From Lepidodermella squamata (taxonomy: Eukaryota; Animalia; Gastrotricha), in assembly GCA_047495785.1 (NCBI GenBank), contig JBLDXI010000001.1, positions 2,108,001 through 2,172,000 on the forward strand: a DNA stretch of 64,000 nt, written 5' to 3'. The stretch's first letter is position 1. Each line of letters opens with the position of its first letter. The position numbers and the translations under genes are program-made. The notes below the pieces were generated by a model. That model had not been told where the DNA came from and made no database searches. It was given only the letters and a program-made list of their open reading frames with translations. This document shows positions 49,625-62,731 of the stretch, one piece after another.

Positions 49625-52422
49625 ATGCTTGGTTTAATCATAATTTTCTCAATAATTCTCTCGGTAAATGCTGCAGACTATCAAGCGAATTATTTAGCGA
49701 GAAATAGTGAAGATTACGCGGAAGGTCTAGCGAGGCCGGCTGTTTCGGCGTCAAAACCTGTAACTATCACCGAAGCAGAGCGAATTTACAAAGAAATTGC
49801 CGGTTCGAGAGCGGCGTTGAGGCGTAAAATTCCTGCGCCCAATGTAACATTGGCGTTTGCTAACATCTCCCAGCCGTCAGTTAACGATATCACCGGCGTC
49901 TCTGGTTCGGATTCAAGAGTTATGGTTGAGGAAAATTTTTACGAATCTGGAATTGAATTCAAAGCTCCGGATGGTTCGATTGTCAAACGAGTCGATCATA
50001 CAATAAAATCACTGCCTGTTTGGAACAGTGGTAAGCATATTTTTTATACATTTTTGAAATAAAATTATGTCCACAGTTGATACATTTTAATTTTTAATTA
50101 CAAATGGAAAAATCCTTTGTTTCAATTCGTTTAAAAATTTCAACTGTTTGAAAAAAAAATAAAAAATTGAAATGAAAAAATTGAAATTCGTAAAAAAAGT
50201 TGAATTCGTTATACCTAATTTGTAAATATTTTAAATAAAATTACATAACATAATTTATTATTTTTTTAAGGTGGAGTGGTTGCCCAGTCTCCGTTTGGTA
50301 TACGATCCATATCAACTGGTAGATCTAAAAAAAGCGACTCATTGGTTGGCGAAAAATTTGCCCGAGGTCTAGCTCAATCTGTCGCACCTCAGAAAACCGT
50401 TTCCGTCAGGGTTTGCGCCACCGAATTAGGCACCTTGATCACCGGTCTGAACGTAGTTACAAAAATCAAACGATACATCTATGATCGCCAAAAAGCTGGC
50501 GATGACGTGGTCTACGCCGATTTGGTTGAATTTCGAGGTACGTATCGCCGGAATGACGAGCAGTTTGTGTGGAACTGCCTGGTTGACACCGCGGCTGGAA
50601 AAGTGCTGAAAAAATGGCCGGGCATTCATGGCGCGATTATGGGTGGCAATTTGAAAATAGGCAGTCGCACGTTGACCCTTGGAACGGCACGAAATTTGAA
50701 AAACGGAACTTGCCAGCTGACATCCGGCGATCGCGTCATTGCAGTTTTCAATAAAAGACAGCAAAATTCTACGCTTAACGCAAAAATCGAGACACCGGCC
50801 GTTTATTCTTGCCAGAACGGGCCGCAGGATGGCATAAATGGTAATAAATTTTAGCGAAATTTTAACGATGTTCAACTTGATAATTTTTAAGGTGGATATG
50901 GTCCAATGGCCGATGCCTACTGGAATGCGGCGAAATTTGTCGAGATGATGCGGCATTCTGATTGGGGAAATTTCAAAAAAACTGCAAAATTAACCCCGAG
51001 TGGTGTTATAAACATGGCGGTTCATTTCCGATCGAACTTTGACAACGCGTATTGGGACGGCGAGCAGTTATACTTTGGCGACGGATCTCAAAATGTCTTC
51101 TACCCATTATCAGTAAATACAATTTTTTTAAATTAAAAATTAATTTATCCCTAAATTATATTAAAGACTTGCTTGGACATTGTCTCTCACGAAATTTCTC
51201 ACGCGATTACAGCTCTAAAATCGCAACTAGTCTACGCTGGAGAGTCAGGGTGTCTCAACGAGGCCTTCTCAGATGCAATGGGGCAGATGACGGAAAATTT
51301 CGCCTACGGAACAAACACCTGGAAAGTTGGCGAAAAATGCTTGAAAAGAGTATGCCTACATTTTTTTACTAATTTCAAAAAATATTTTTTCGAATTTTTA
51401 GAGGCCGAATTTGCGCGACATGTCCATGCCGGCTAGTTATGGAGATTATTTCCCTGACTCAAATGCAAACGCTTGTATTTTCGGAAATAATGTAAACAAA
51501 TTTTAGTTAAATTTTTATACATACTACAATTCGAAACTTTTCCAGAGTTGTCAAGATCCCCATTACTGCAGCGCAGTTCCTAATTATATTTTCTATAAAA
51601 TGGCAACAGCACCTGGGTGGTCGACTCAATTAGCCGGCCGAGCTTGGCTCATGGCCAACATGCTGTTCTGGCAGTCTGAAACCTCACTTCACGACGCTGG
51701 GTGCGACGTTATTCAAGTCGTTCAACAGTTCGAACTAGCCGATAGCGATACTGACTCGGTCATCGCCGCTTGGTCAGCCGCGGGTATCGATATATCTGAC
51801 TGCCACGCTCCTTCCGAGGATGAGAATACCGACTACGACTACGAGGCTGCTGATGATCAAAGAAATGTCGCTGGGAAGAGCCGAAATTCCTTGTCAACTA
51901 CTCCCCTTAGTACGACTATTAGGGGTAAAAATAAACCTCCAGGCGAGCAAGAGACAAAATCACCCATTTCCGGTTCCGGTTTGCCTAGTACAACACGGCC
52001 AGGTAAGGTCGAAGGTGCCCCGAGACGGCTGCAAAATTGCCTGGCAGTGCCGGGTATATCGGCGAATACTACTGGTCAAATTTTGAATTTCGTTATCCGA
52101 GTGCCGAAAAACGCGACTTATCAAAGCGTTGAAATTTACGGCGAAAATGGCGATGCAGATTTGTATGTTCGTAAATCGCAACTACCAACCGAGGTAAAAA
52201 AATTACAGAAAAATTACAGTTCATTTTTAATATTTTTGTTTTTAGAATGTATACGATTGGGCACCCTACTACAACGGCAGTCATGAATGGGTGATTGGGC
52301 CGGTTGACAGTGCTCAATTTAGCGAACAGGATGTTTATATTATGCTTCGAGCTAGCCAACCATTTTCATCTCTAACGTTAAATCCGTGTTTCTTCAGGCA
52401 TGACTCTGCTATCTTATCATGA
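49625..52422 (+). CDS. M4 (thermolysin/vibriolysin-like) zinc metalloprotease 1: signal, propeptide, catalytic domain, S/T linker, PPC domain (exons 49625-50030, 50271-50840, 50892-51112, 51167-51349, 51402-51491, 51546-52193, 52246-52422)
   Basis: DNAYWDGEQLYFGDG, FYPL, HEISH, GCLNEAFSD, DPHYCSAVPNYIFYKMA and the PPC motif GENGDADLYVR. Six GT-AG introns. Confidence 0.92.
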
Positions 52423-52686
52423 TTTCCCTAAAATAAAAACAGGAAATTCAAATTTAAACCGATGAGTTCTATCGAAAGCGGACGTGAAACTACTGAATTA
52501 CTCATATTAAATTTCATCCTCCGAAAAAAAACTTGGATTTGAAAACAAAGGTAACGCAGAGTTTTATTTCACTACGTCATGGTATAAAAAACGTGCTCAG
52601 GTGTTTACTTGGGCTGAGTTTATTGCAGTAATAAATCTAATAGTAAAATAGATAACCATCTTTTAGCAGAACTTGACAATTTCAGA

Positions 52687-55600
52687 ATGAAATCGATCTT
52701 GTTAGCTTGTTTATTCGCTTCTGCAGCTCTGATTCTGGGGTCAGAAGCAGCAGGCGCCGAGACTCGAAATAATTACGACAACTATGGAGACAGCGGTGAA
52801 AATTCAGGCCCAATAACAGTTCAAGGAAGACGAAAACAGCAACGGCCTGATAAAGGTGAAAAATCGCAGCTAAAAAATATAAAATGAAATAATTATTAAA
52901 TGTCTAGATCAATCATTTCAAGGCGTAAAACAACCAACTCAAACTCAAGTTTTCGGCCTCGCTGCTGATCCTAGTGTTCCGACGAGCGAGGGGGTTCGAG
53001 ACAGCGGTATCGAGATTGAACTGCCCGATGGTTCGAAGATTAAACGTGTCGATCATACAATTAATTCAATGGAGGTTTGGGGCAGTGGCGGGGTGATTGC
53101 AACGCCGTCTAAGAACCAAATGGGTCTCCGAGCTCTCGCCGTTGTTTCAAACGGCTGCACTGGCAAGCCTAACGTGCAAGCTGCTAAGAAGTACAGCTTA
53201 GGCATAATGACCAAAGGCATGCCAGTTCCTGATTATTCTGTTCGAGAATGTGCAACTGAGTTGGGTAGCCTGATTCGCGGCGTTGAGGTGACTAATACGA
53301 CGAAGCGATTCATTTACGACAAGAAGCTTTGGAATAATGCGAGTGACGTTATCTACGCTGATCTGGTCGAATTCCGCGGCATGTATCCGGCAAATGCAAC
53401 GTCAAGAGAGACGACGCCGTTCATTTATCAGTGTTTATTCGATGCAACCAACGATGAGGTGTTGAAATACTGGCCGGGAATTCACATTGCCGGCCCGCAA
53501 AGCCCACCTGACCTTGGCCCAATCAATGGTGGGAATAAAAAAATTGGCCGGTATCAATACGGAGGTGATAGGCCGCTTCCGGTAACTAAACTTCCGAACG
53601 GATTTTGCCAGGTAAATAAACAATTTGAAAATTTAAATTGATCCGTAAGTAGCACAAGCAAAGAAAATACTCGGAAAAGGGTACAGAAACTCTTAGAAAA
53701 ATTCAAAGAAATCACGAGAATAGTAATCAAGTATGCCACTTGTTAATGGGATTAAAAAATCCGGAGAAATGCGGTCCAACCGGGTAAAATACCGAAAATT
53801 ACCGAACCAGTTACCATCAGATTTGACCGGGTTTTCTTCTGTTTAATCGCGGATAAAAGGTGGAATATTCTCTCGGTATGTTTAATTAAAATTAAAATTA
53901 AATTAAAATTAGCGCCAAACATTAGCGGCGTCCTAGCTATCACCGCTTTTGGGATACTTGCTCAGGTGTATTCATTTAAGAGGCAAGGTCACATGACCAA
54001 CTTGACATTGCAATTCCTCCATAACTATTAGTGATAAAAGCATGGGGGTTTTAATGTTTTATTCCCCTATTCTTTCTCTACCGAGATAACGCATGCCAAT
54101 AGCGTAAATAAAAGTGTGAATTTTCTCGATAAATTCAGGCCTGGCTATTCAGTTTCTGTATGTTTGATTTATAGCTTCAAAGCGCTGACGGACTGGTCAA
54201 AGTTTATGATATGAAGTTCGGTGCACGTCCGCTGGATATTTACACCCAAAAGCCTCACGTTTTCCAATGTTCAGCTGGCATTCAACTCACAATAAATGGT
54301 ACATTTTTTTTTACAAAGTAGATGATATTGACTGATAATTTTGTTTCGGTGTTTTCTAGAGGGATATGGACACTTGGCTGGTAATATTTTCCTGCTCACG
54401 ACCGCCTTCTTAATATTTGAATGTAAATTATTTTTCAGATGCTTTCTACAACGGGGTACAGGTTATTCAAATGCTTCGCGATCCAGAATGGGGCGCAATT
54501 CCTAATACCACGCGGCTGACGAATTCTGGAGCTATGCATATGGCCGTTCACTTCAAAACTAGCTTCGATAATGGTTAGTTTCCCCCCTGATTAAAATAAA
54601 TTTTATATTATTTCTATAATCTAATAGCCTACTGGGATGGAAATTATTTGTATTTTGGCGATGGATCTTCAAGAGGATTCTATCCGCTTGGGGTTAGTTC
54701 TCTAAATTTGCAATAAATAAATATAAACATAAAATCCTATTTTCTAGACCTGCATTGACGTAGTTGGTAAGTTCAATTTAATATTGGAATAACATCAAAA
54801 TTCAAGGCGGATTCTAGCCCACGAATTTGGCCATGCAGTGACGAGCATCAAATCAAAGCTAGTATATAGGGGTGAATCCGGCTGCTTGAATGAAGGTAAA
54901 ATATGACGAGTCGATATCCGATGTCAGCAATACGTCCTATTTCCTCAGCTTTTTCGGACGCTCTTGGTGAAATGGCCGAGTTCTACGCAACTAAGACAAA
55001 CGATTTCAAAATTGCGACTTCTTGCTCGAAAAGCGTTCGTTATTTCAGCCGGACGTTATTTTTGGTGATTATTCCTGTTTTTCATTATAGGGATATCTCC
55101 GCGATATGAGTATCGAGAGAAAATATGGCCAATATTTCCCTAGGTCTGATCCTCAAGTTTGCTCCGGTGGCGACCAGGTATTTCTCTCTTTAATTTTGAA
55201 ATTATGAAATTTTACGAAATTGTTAGACCTGTCAAGATCCTCACTATTGCAGCGCCGTGCCTAACTACATCTTCTACAAACTGGCAACTGCCGAGGGATG
55301 GAACACCCAAATGGCTGGACGTTCTTGGGTCCTGGCCAACTTGTTATTCTGGCAACCGGAAACTAGCTTATATCAAGCCGGATGTGATGTCGGCAAAGTT
55401 GTGAAACAGTTCGAAATCGGAGATACCGACGCTGTTATTGAGGCATGGCGGGCTGGCGGAATCGAAATTTCCGACTGCGTCGAATCAAGTAGTGGAAGGT
55501 GCGATTGTCCGAAACTAGGTCATTATTTTTTATCAAATCGTCTTCAATAACAGATGCGCTCCGGTGGAAGTTACGGCGCCTGGTACAACACCTAGTAGCC

Positions 55601-56095
55601 GAACCACACCAAGGCGGACTACAACAACTACTACAGCCACAACTGCCCAGCCGATCGGCGGTTCTCAAGTGATTGAGAACTGTGAGCAAATATCAGGAAT
55701 TGCGGCTAGAGCCGGCGAGAAGAAGTACTACGTTGTTCGAGTTCCGCCAACTGCCACCTATCAAAACGTACAAATCTACGGCGAAAATGGCGATGCTGAT
55801 TTGTTCATTAGAAAGAACCAAAAACCGACTGAGGTGACATTTTTAATTTTGCGGAAATTTTTTTTATCAACTTTTACTATGTAAAGGATGATTTCGACTG
55901 GGCACCTTTTTGGGAGGGTGAGTTTTCTTGTTCAATTGCCGAAATTTTTTTAAATTTTGTGTTAAATTTCTGTCAGGCTCTGATGAATGGATTACCGGAG
56001 CTTTGAAGCGAGCTGATGCTGGAAGAGATTACCACATCATGATACTGGCCAGCGCAGCATTTACAAATCTCGAACTATACGCCTGTTACTATTGA
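52687..56095 (+). CDS. M4 metalloprotease 2 (about 13 introns, including 19- and 21-nt micro-exons)
   Basis: Signal peptide; GGNKKIGRYQYG; AYWDGNYLYFGDG; AHEFGH (54818 onward); GCLNE|AFSD; DPHYCSAVPN; Thr linker; GENGDADLFIR. Confidence 0.9.
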
Positions 56096-56336
56096 GGATT
56101 TGAATTTTTCACATTAATATTCGAGAAAAAACCAGAATTATTCCAATAATAACAGTTTTTGTTTTAAAACATGATATTATCAAATGCATTGCCAACATCC
56201 GAGTGAAAAAAATCCGCGTTTTAATCTCTTGAAATCCTGGCGAAAGAAAGCTGATGTATAAGGCTGTACGGCGTGTAAAGTTTTTTGCAGTTGAACGTCA
56301 TTGTCGTTGAAGTGTTATAATTTCTCGTTATAAAAA

Positions 56337-59195
56337 ATGCTACGCCTACTACCTTTCGCTATTATTTACGCCATTTGTTTGTTTCCGCTCATAACTTCCG
56401 CTCAAAGAACAAAACTGCGAACGTCAACGAGGCCAATTGCTACAACGCGCCTTGTAAGGACTAGGCCGACTACAACAGATGCCCCAGAACAGTTCGAGAT
56501 CAATTCACCTAACTCTGGTGATTTGATCGAAACAAGTTCTTTCAAGGCCCCGAGTGGAGAAATTGTCAAGAGATTCGAGCAAAAATTAAATTCCTATCTC
56601 GTATGGGACAGCGGTAAATAATCACCAATTACGAAATTTAAGCTGCATTTTTTCCTATTAGTTCCGGTAATTTCTTACGATCCAACAATTCGATCAGGCC
56701 TAACACAATCGGTTTCATTCTGCAACGAGCCGACTAATGTCGAGTCCATCGTTGAGAAGAATAAGGCCAACGGATTTCATTCGCTTCAAGGCAGCAATCA
56801 GCCGGACGCCGAGCAATCTAAGCGAGATTGCTCAGACCAACTTGGCGATTCGGTAGACTCACCGGATGTAACTGTTGAATCTTCGCGATTTCTTTACGAT
56901 CGCAACAAGTTGAGTGAAACAGCGACCCAGCCTGATGTTGTCTTTGTTGATTTGGTCGAATTTCGAGGCGTTAAAGATGATACTTTCTTCAAGCACTTCT
57001 GCCTATTCGATACCGAGGCTCAAAAAGTATTAGAAATATTTTAAATTTTTTTTGAAATTTTATCTGAATTTTTCATCTAGGTTATGAAAACCTGGAATGG
57101 ACTGCATGCTCAGATGGTAGGTGGAAATCGGAAGATAGGTCAATACAGTTATTCTGGGGCTAACAAACTACCCGAGAAAAAATTAGCTCAGCGCCAATGC
57201 GAGGTGATTTTTCCACTAATTCTGACTCATATTCATTTATATTTAATTTAAAGCTAACCAGCCCGGATGGATTTGTAAAAGTTTATAATATGAAGTTTTC
57301 GCGACTTCAATTGGACCCGGAAAACGGCGGCCAACAATCAGCTAGATACCTATGTTCAAGTGGACCTGAAGATGAAATTAATGGTTAGGAATAATTGATC
57401 AAGATGACAGATTTTTTTTAAATTATTTTTTTCTTTTCAATAGAGGGTTATAGTCCATTGGCAGATGCCTTCGGAAATGCTCTGAAAACGGTTGAAATGC
57501 TGACAGATCCTAAATGGGGTACAATAAATGTTTCGTTCATTTTATCGATAACTTTTCTTTCGTATTTTTCAAGGTGGATTGAGTCAGGTCAATATTTCTA
57601 CAATTGGTGAATTACGATTTGCTGTTCATTACGGCACGCAATATAGAAACGGTTGAACAACTCGCATTCAATATTTTGCGTTGTTCATGACTTGGGACTT
57701 TTCTTATTACAGCCCATGCTGATGGCCCCACGAGTTATTATGGCGACGGTGACGACTCTTCGTATCCCCTCAGCGTAAGATTCTAGCCATAAACAAAACA
57801 AGTTTAGAATTTCGCTTTTTTAATTAAATTTGACAATGGGGGAAGAAACAAGTCAGGGGGTTAAAACAATAGGTACCTCTTTTGTTTACATTTTTTATTT
57901 GAAATTTTCTGGGTAGTCTTGCTTGGACATTGTCGCCCACGAAATTGGACACTCAATCACAAACGTTCAATCGAAACTAATTTACACAGGCGAAGCTGGA
58001 TGCTTGAACGAAGGTACGAAATAACTTGCGAAATAATCATTAAGAAAATCACCCATTTCCATCAGGTTTTTCGGATGTTATCGGAATAATGGCTGAGCGA
58101 TATGCCAAGAAGCAAGAAAACGATTGGTTCATAGGCAACGATTGTACAAAAAAGGTAATTTTATCGCGGAAACGCGAAAACCTTTTTACAGGCTGATTAT
58201 TTTCCAGGCTCCTTTTCTTCGAAATATGTCGCAACCCGTCAAATATTCCGACTATTTTCCCACGCCTAATCCTACTAAATGCCCAATCCCAGAGGTTACC
58301 CATCTAAACTTTTAAAGCTATAAAAAAATTTGAAATTTTGATTTGAAAAGAATTGCTTAGACCCGCATGAATGCAGCGCGATTCCCAACTACATTTTCTA
58401 TAAAATGGCAACGTCGCCAAGCTGGTCTGTTCAATCTGCTGGTCGAGCCTGGATCCTGGCAAACCTACTACTATGGGGCCAAGAGACGACGATTAAAGCA
58501 GCCGGGTGTGCAGTGGCTAAAATTGTTGACAAATTCGAACTGGGAGATGTTAAGGGTGTCATCGGTGCTTGGGCCGCGGCTGGAGTTGATATTCGATCTT
58601 GCGCCGACCCGTGCAGGCCAAGGGCGTACAATGAGAAGGTCGAAGATGAAGGTGAAACTTCAACTTCAACGATGACAACGAGAACGACAACAACGGCTTC
58701 AACGACGACTCGGTCGCGTACTCGGACTACGACGAGAACAGTCCCGAGCCGGGCTAATAATCCAGCGAGTCGGCTTGTTAATTGCGAACCTAAACAGGGC
58801 CTATCAGCTACGAAATCGCAGCAGTTGAAGTTTTTTGTCACCGCGCCGGATGGAGCTTCGTACCAAAATATCCAGATAAATGGAGCAGATGGTAAATGTT
58901 TTCGACGGATTGAAAAATAACATCAAGGTAAATTTATTTCAAGGTGATGCTGATTTGTATGTTCGACGGAATGAAATGCCAACCAACGATTTGTATGATG
59001 AAGCTCCTATTTGGGAAGGTTTGGAAATAGCTAAATTTAAAGATAATTTTGTCACATTATTTGGTTTATTTTATAGGCAGTAGGGAGTTTGTTAGCGGTT
59101 CCATTGATCCTATCGTAGGGACCGCGAAATTCTACATCATGATCGAAGCGACCCAGCCATTCACAAATTTGACATTATTGGCGTGCTTCTATTGA
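56337..59195 (+). CDS. M4 metalloprotease 3 (about 12 introns)
   Basis: Signal peptide; GGNRKIGQYSY; YYGDGD..YPL; AHEIGH; GCLNE|GFSD; DPHECSAIPNYIFYKMA; Thr-rich linker; GDADLYVRR. Confidence 0.9.
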
Positions 59196-59575
59196 ACCTT
59201 CATTTGATCCTGGACAATTCTTTCTACTATATTCAAGGCTTTGATAAATAAATTTCTAAACTTGGCATGGATGGTCCAATATTCCGAATGATATCCCGAA
59301 AACTTGGAAGTTGGATTTCAGAAAAACAGAGTTATGAATTTCGCTGTTTATCAAACATTCACACAAAAATTTCCCTTCATCGGATATCGGTTTGCAGCAA
59401 AATTTTCGTATTGGGAACAATTTTTCTGTTCAAAAATCTGTAGATAGTTCTAGAGTTTATGATTGTTCTCCAGAGCACGAACTAATTGTTTTATAACCCT
59501 CTCATGTTGTTTCATTTTTTTTGCAAAAAATGGCAATAATCACCAATTATAATTAATTTTATTGCGAAGTGATTA

Positions 59576-59875
59576 TCAGCCGAAATAATTATCAGTTTTA
59601 AAGGCGACTAGGGCGGCACACGCCTGGGCGCTGTCCTCGCATTCAGTCCAATGGCCGCGCCAGCACGTTTTCCAACACGACTCGGCGCATTCCGAGATGC
59701 AAAGCTTCTGGCAGCCGTGATAACAAGGCGAGGATGCTACGACTACGACATAGGCTGTCCCGGCGACAATTAACACTGAAATTAATATGGCGAATAACAC
59801 GCAGACGGTTAGACAAATGCGCCGGCCACGTGACAACCGGCGGCCCCGAAGCAGGTCAATTTCAGCATCGTTCAT
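59576..59875 (-). CDS. Small type II membrane 8-Cys protein (family member 2)
   Basis: DAEIDLL, TM, then SPCYHGCQKLCISECAESCWKTCWRGHWTECEDSAQAC. Confidence 0.75.
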   Translation of the reverse strand: MNDAEIDLLRGRRLSRGRRICLTVCVLFAILISVLIVAGTAYVVVVASSPCYHGCQKLCISECAESCWKTCWRGHWTECEDSAQACAALVAFKTDNYFG

Positions 59876-60037
59876 GGTTCAAGCCTAAAATCTATATCAA
59901 ATTCTATGAGCAAGGAGCAAGAAGGAAATAATTTAACAAAGAAAACATAATTTAACAAAGATCAAAATTCAATAAAATGACTGTGACTGAAAATAATTGA
60001 AAGGAAAAAGTATGTAAAATAAAAAAATCGTTTTATT

Positions 60038-60220
60038 GGTACGGCGACAAAACAGCAACTTCGCAGAACAGCGAATGCGACAAACAGCAAATTTTTTATT
60101 TTGCGACAAAACAGCGAAAACTTCGATGCATAGAGTTTCTGCTGTTATGTTGCAAGTTGAAAAATTTGCTGTTTTGTCGCGTTTGTGCTGTTTTGGATAT
60201 TTGCTGTTATGACGGTCTGC
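60038..60220. mobile_element. Small palindromic Mutator-like MITE
   Basis: Inverted arrays of (CG)ACAAAACAGC(A) units; perfect 9-bp direct repeat CGTTTTATT at 60029-60037 and 60221-60229. Confidence 0.75.
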
Positions 60221-60825
60221 CGTTTTATTAATTAGCTACTAAATGTTGCAAATTTTTGAAAATTCGGGCTTTAATTATGAACGAGTTTTCCAACTTGAAA
60301 GCAATTTATCATGGATTTTTCTAGTGAAAGCAAAGACTAATTCATCATGCTTCTGGCATCTTGAAACCGTCATGCCTGTTTTTCAGGCAACGCTTGACTT
60401 GATGCCTATACCCCGTGATATAATCGCTGGCACACTCTGTGCAGAATAACATAGGACATAAGGTGGACTTGAGTACAATACTCAAGTATCTATAACGAGC
60501 GGGTGGGTTAGTAGCTTGAATAAATATGTGTGAGATGATAATGGCGTGATTCGACGTGAGGATTCCTTATATAATAACGCATACTCCAACAGGTGCGCGT
60601 TAAAAAATATGAAAAAAAAACGTATAACAGGGTCATGATAATTGCTTATAACAAAATATTTTCAAAAGTGTCTTGAGATTAAGTTTATTTACATGATAAT
60701 TACAATATTTAACAATCGTCGATTTATACTTCAAATTTCAAGTTGGAAAATAATCTGTATATATATTTTGATATCAACTTGGCAAAAAAGACTCAAACAA
60801 TTTTATATTAGTATTTTTCACTGAG

Positions 60826-61501
60826 TTAGGAGTCATTGCCCCATTCGTGTTTTTTGAAAAATTTCGCAATAATTTCCAACACCTTGCTCATATCTCCGCC
60901 GTATTCATTGCGCAATTTTTCCAGCACGTCAAAAAATGAGGCCTTGGTCTGGCTGTACTCGGCAACTGATAGCAACAAACAAGTGATTTCTCCGTCTTGT
61001 GGACATTCGTGCAGACTAGCTTTCCAACACTCGCCGAAGCATTTCAGGGCCAGATAATTCGGCGTGGTGATGAAGCGTCGGTAGTGGAGGAACAAAAATG
61101 GAGCACTTCTCGCCAGCCTCTCGCAGCCGTGATAACACTGGGACTGGGAGACCAAGCCGGCATAGGTGAGGGATAAGGTGAAAAAGGCGATAACCAGGGC
61201 TGATACGATTATGCGGCAACAAATGACCTTCCGACTGTAGTAAATCGGTATCACAAACGAGGCAACTGTCGCCGATACAATACTGCATCTATAGACAAAA
61301 AATAAAATAGAAAATTTTAAAATATTTAAATTTGATAAGGAAGATTCTCGAAGTTCGAGAATCCGAAATCCATACTAACCTCGGACTATACCCGATTGCT
61401 TTTTGATAGGCGACTGATAGACTCGGTGATATTTCGTCATCTTCAATAAGCTGTTCGGCGTCACGAATCGGATGAACTTTCGGGTAGTATTGCTTATCCA
61501 T
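60826..61501 (-). CDS. Small type II membrane Cys protein (family member 3; exons 61501-61380, 61288-60826)
   Basis: A phase-2 GT-AG intron joins two ORFs. TM, then SQCYHGCERL...KCFGECWKASLHECPQDGEITC with a C-terminal extension. Confidence 0.72.
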
Positions 61502-61954
61502 CTCTTGATAATAAGTAGTCGATAATATCGATAAATTACACCCAACAATGATGAGGGATAAACCACAAAAATTGCATTAGCGTGTTGTGTTTCGGACTAA
61601 TTGGTTATGAGGACGATATTTTTTCGGCAGCGTTATAAATCATGTTGTGCCATTCATGAAGCAAAAAAACGATCAATTTCTTTCATATCGGATCGGCGGT
61701 GTGTATCAATCAACAAATCGCGTGAAAAAATCTGGAAATGAAGGCACGTGGAGAAAAAAAATAATAAAAAATCAGTATGGCAATCTGGGGCGATAAACCA
61801 ATTGTCGGCTATTGTCACAGAATTAATGAGCCGATTAATTTATCAATTTGACAATAAATTCTTCAAAAATATTGCTAGGATAAAATGTTCACATTTCAAG
61901 AAGTCCGGCTGCGTTCTTTGATTCAACATTTTCAACCTTATCATCTTCAGAAAT

Positions 61955-62054
61955 GGGTGTGCCAGGTTGGCACCCTCAATTTTAGGGTTCCAGCGGTAAA
62001 TCTGAGGTTCAGCCATAGATTTTCTCACTTTCAGTCGTGCAAATATTTCGACCC
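61955..62054. mobile_element. 100-bp internally deleted miniature of the dispersed MITE family
   Basis: Retains both family ends (GGGTGTGCCAGG...CACCCT and GTGCAAATATTTCGACCC), flanked by AT on both sides. Confidence 0.6.
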
Positions 62055-62731
62055 ATTTTATTAATGCTTTCTTTCGATGCTACCTCCAAGAAAATAATCA
62101 GAGGCTTTTAACTACTATCTCGAATGATGGTAAATGGTAATCAGCTTGCGAAATAGCAGCCACGTGTCTTACAGCCGGTGTGTGCGCGTGGCATGGCGCA
62201 AAAAACAACCACACTAGTTTCGCGCGCGAAATCTGGCGACGACACATGACCCAACAGACAAAGCAGGTCGCGCGCCAACCTCTCCTATATAACCCGACGT
62301 TAGGTTAACGCTAAACTTGTCGGCGGCAAAGATCTCAATTTTTCACTCTTTCTTTCATCGTTTTACATATATAGTAGCATGTTTTTTCGATAAAAAACTC
62401 GATAAAAGCTTCGATAAAAAATCTTTTTATCAACGAAAGATCTCGCTCAGCTTTTTCACTGGAAGAAAAATCAACAAAAGTCTATAAAAAATTCTACCGA
62501 CCAGCGTTCGATCGCACTGCCTTCGATTGGAACGGGCGATTTTTTACCGCCCCACTTCCATTCTGTAATTTATCCGAATTTTATACCACCGCCAGAAAAA
62601 ATCGATCTCCGATTTGCCGACCGGTCCTTTTTAGGACCACAAGTTTTGCAAAAGTGTGCTATCTATCTAGCAAACCGATATTTTTTATTATGAAATAAAA
62701 TTGAGTGTAAAAATATTTTTGAATAATTTTT

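Noticed and set aside
49580-59195. M4 proteases as bacterial contamination or a chimeric contig
   Set aside because: They are interrupted by many canonical GT-AG introns of the same style as neighbouring genes.
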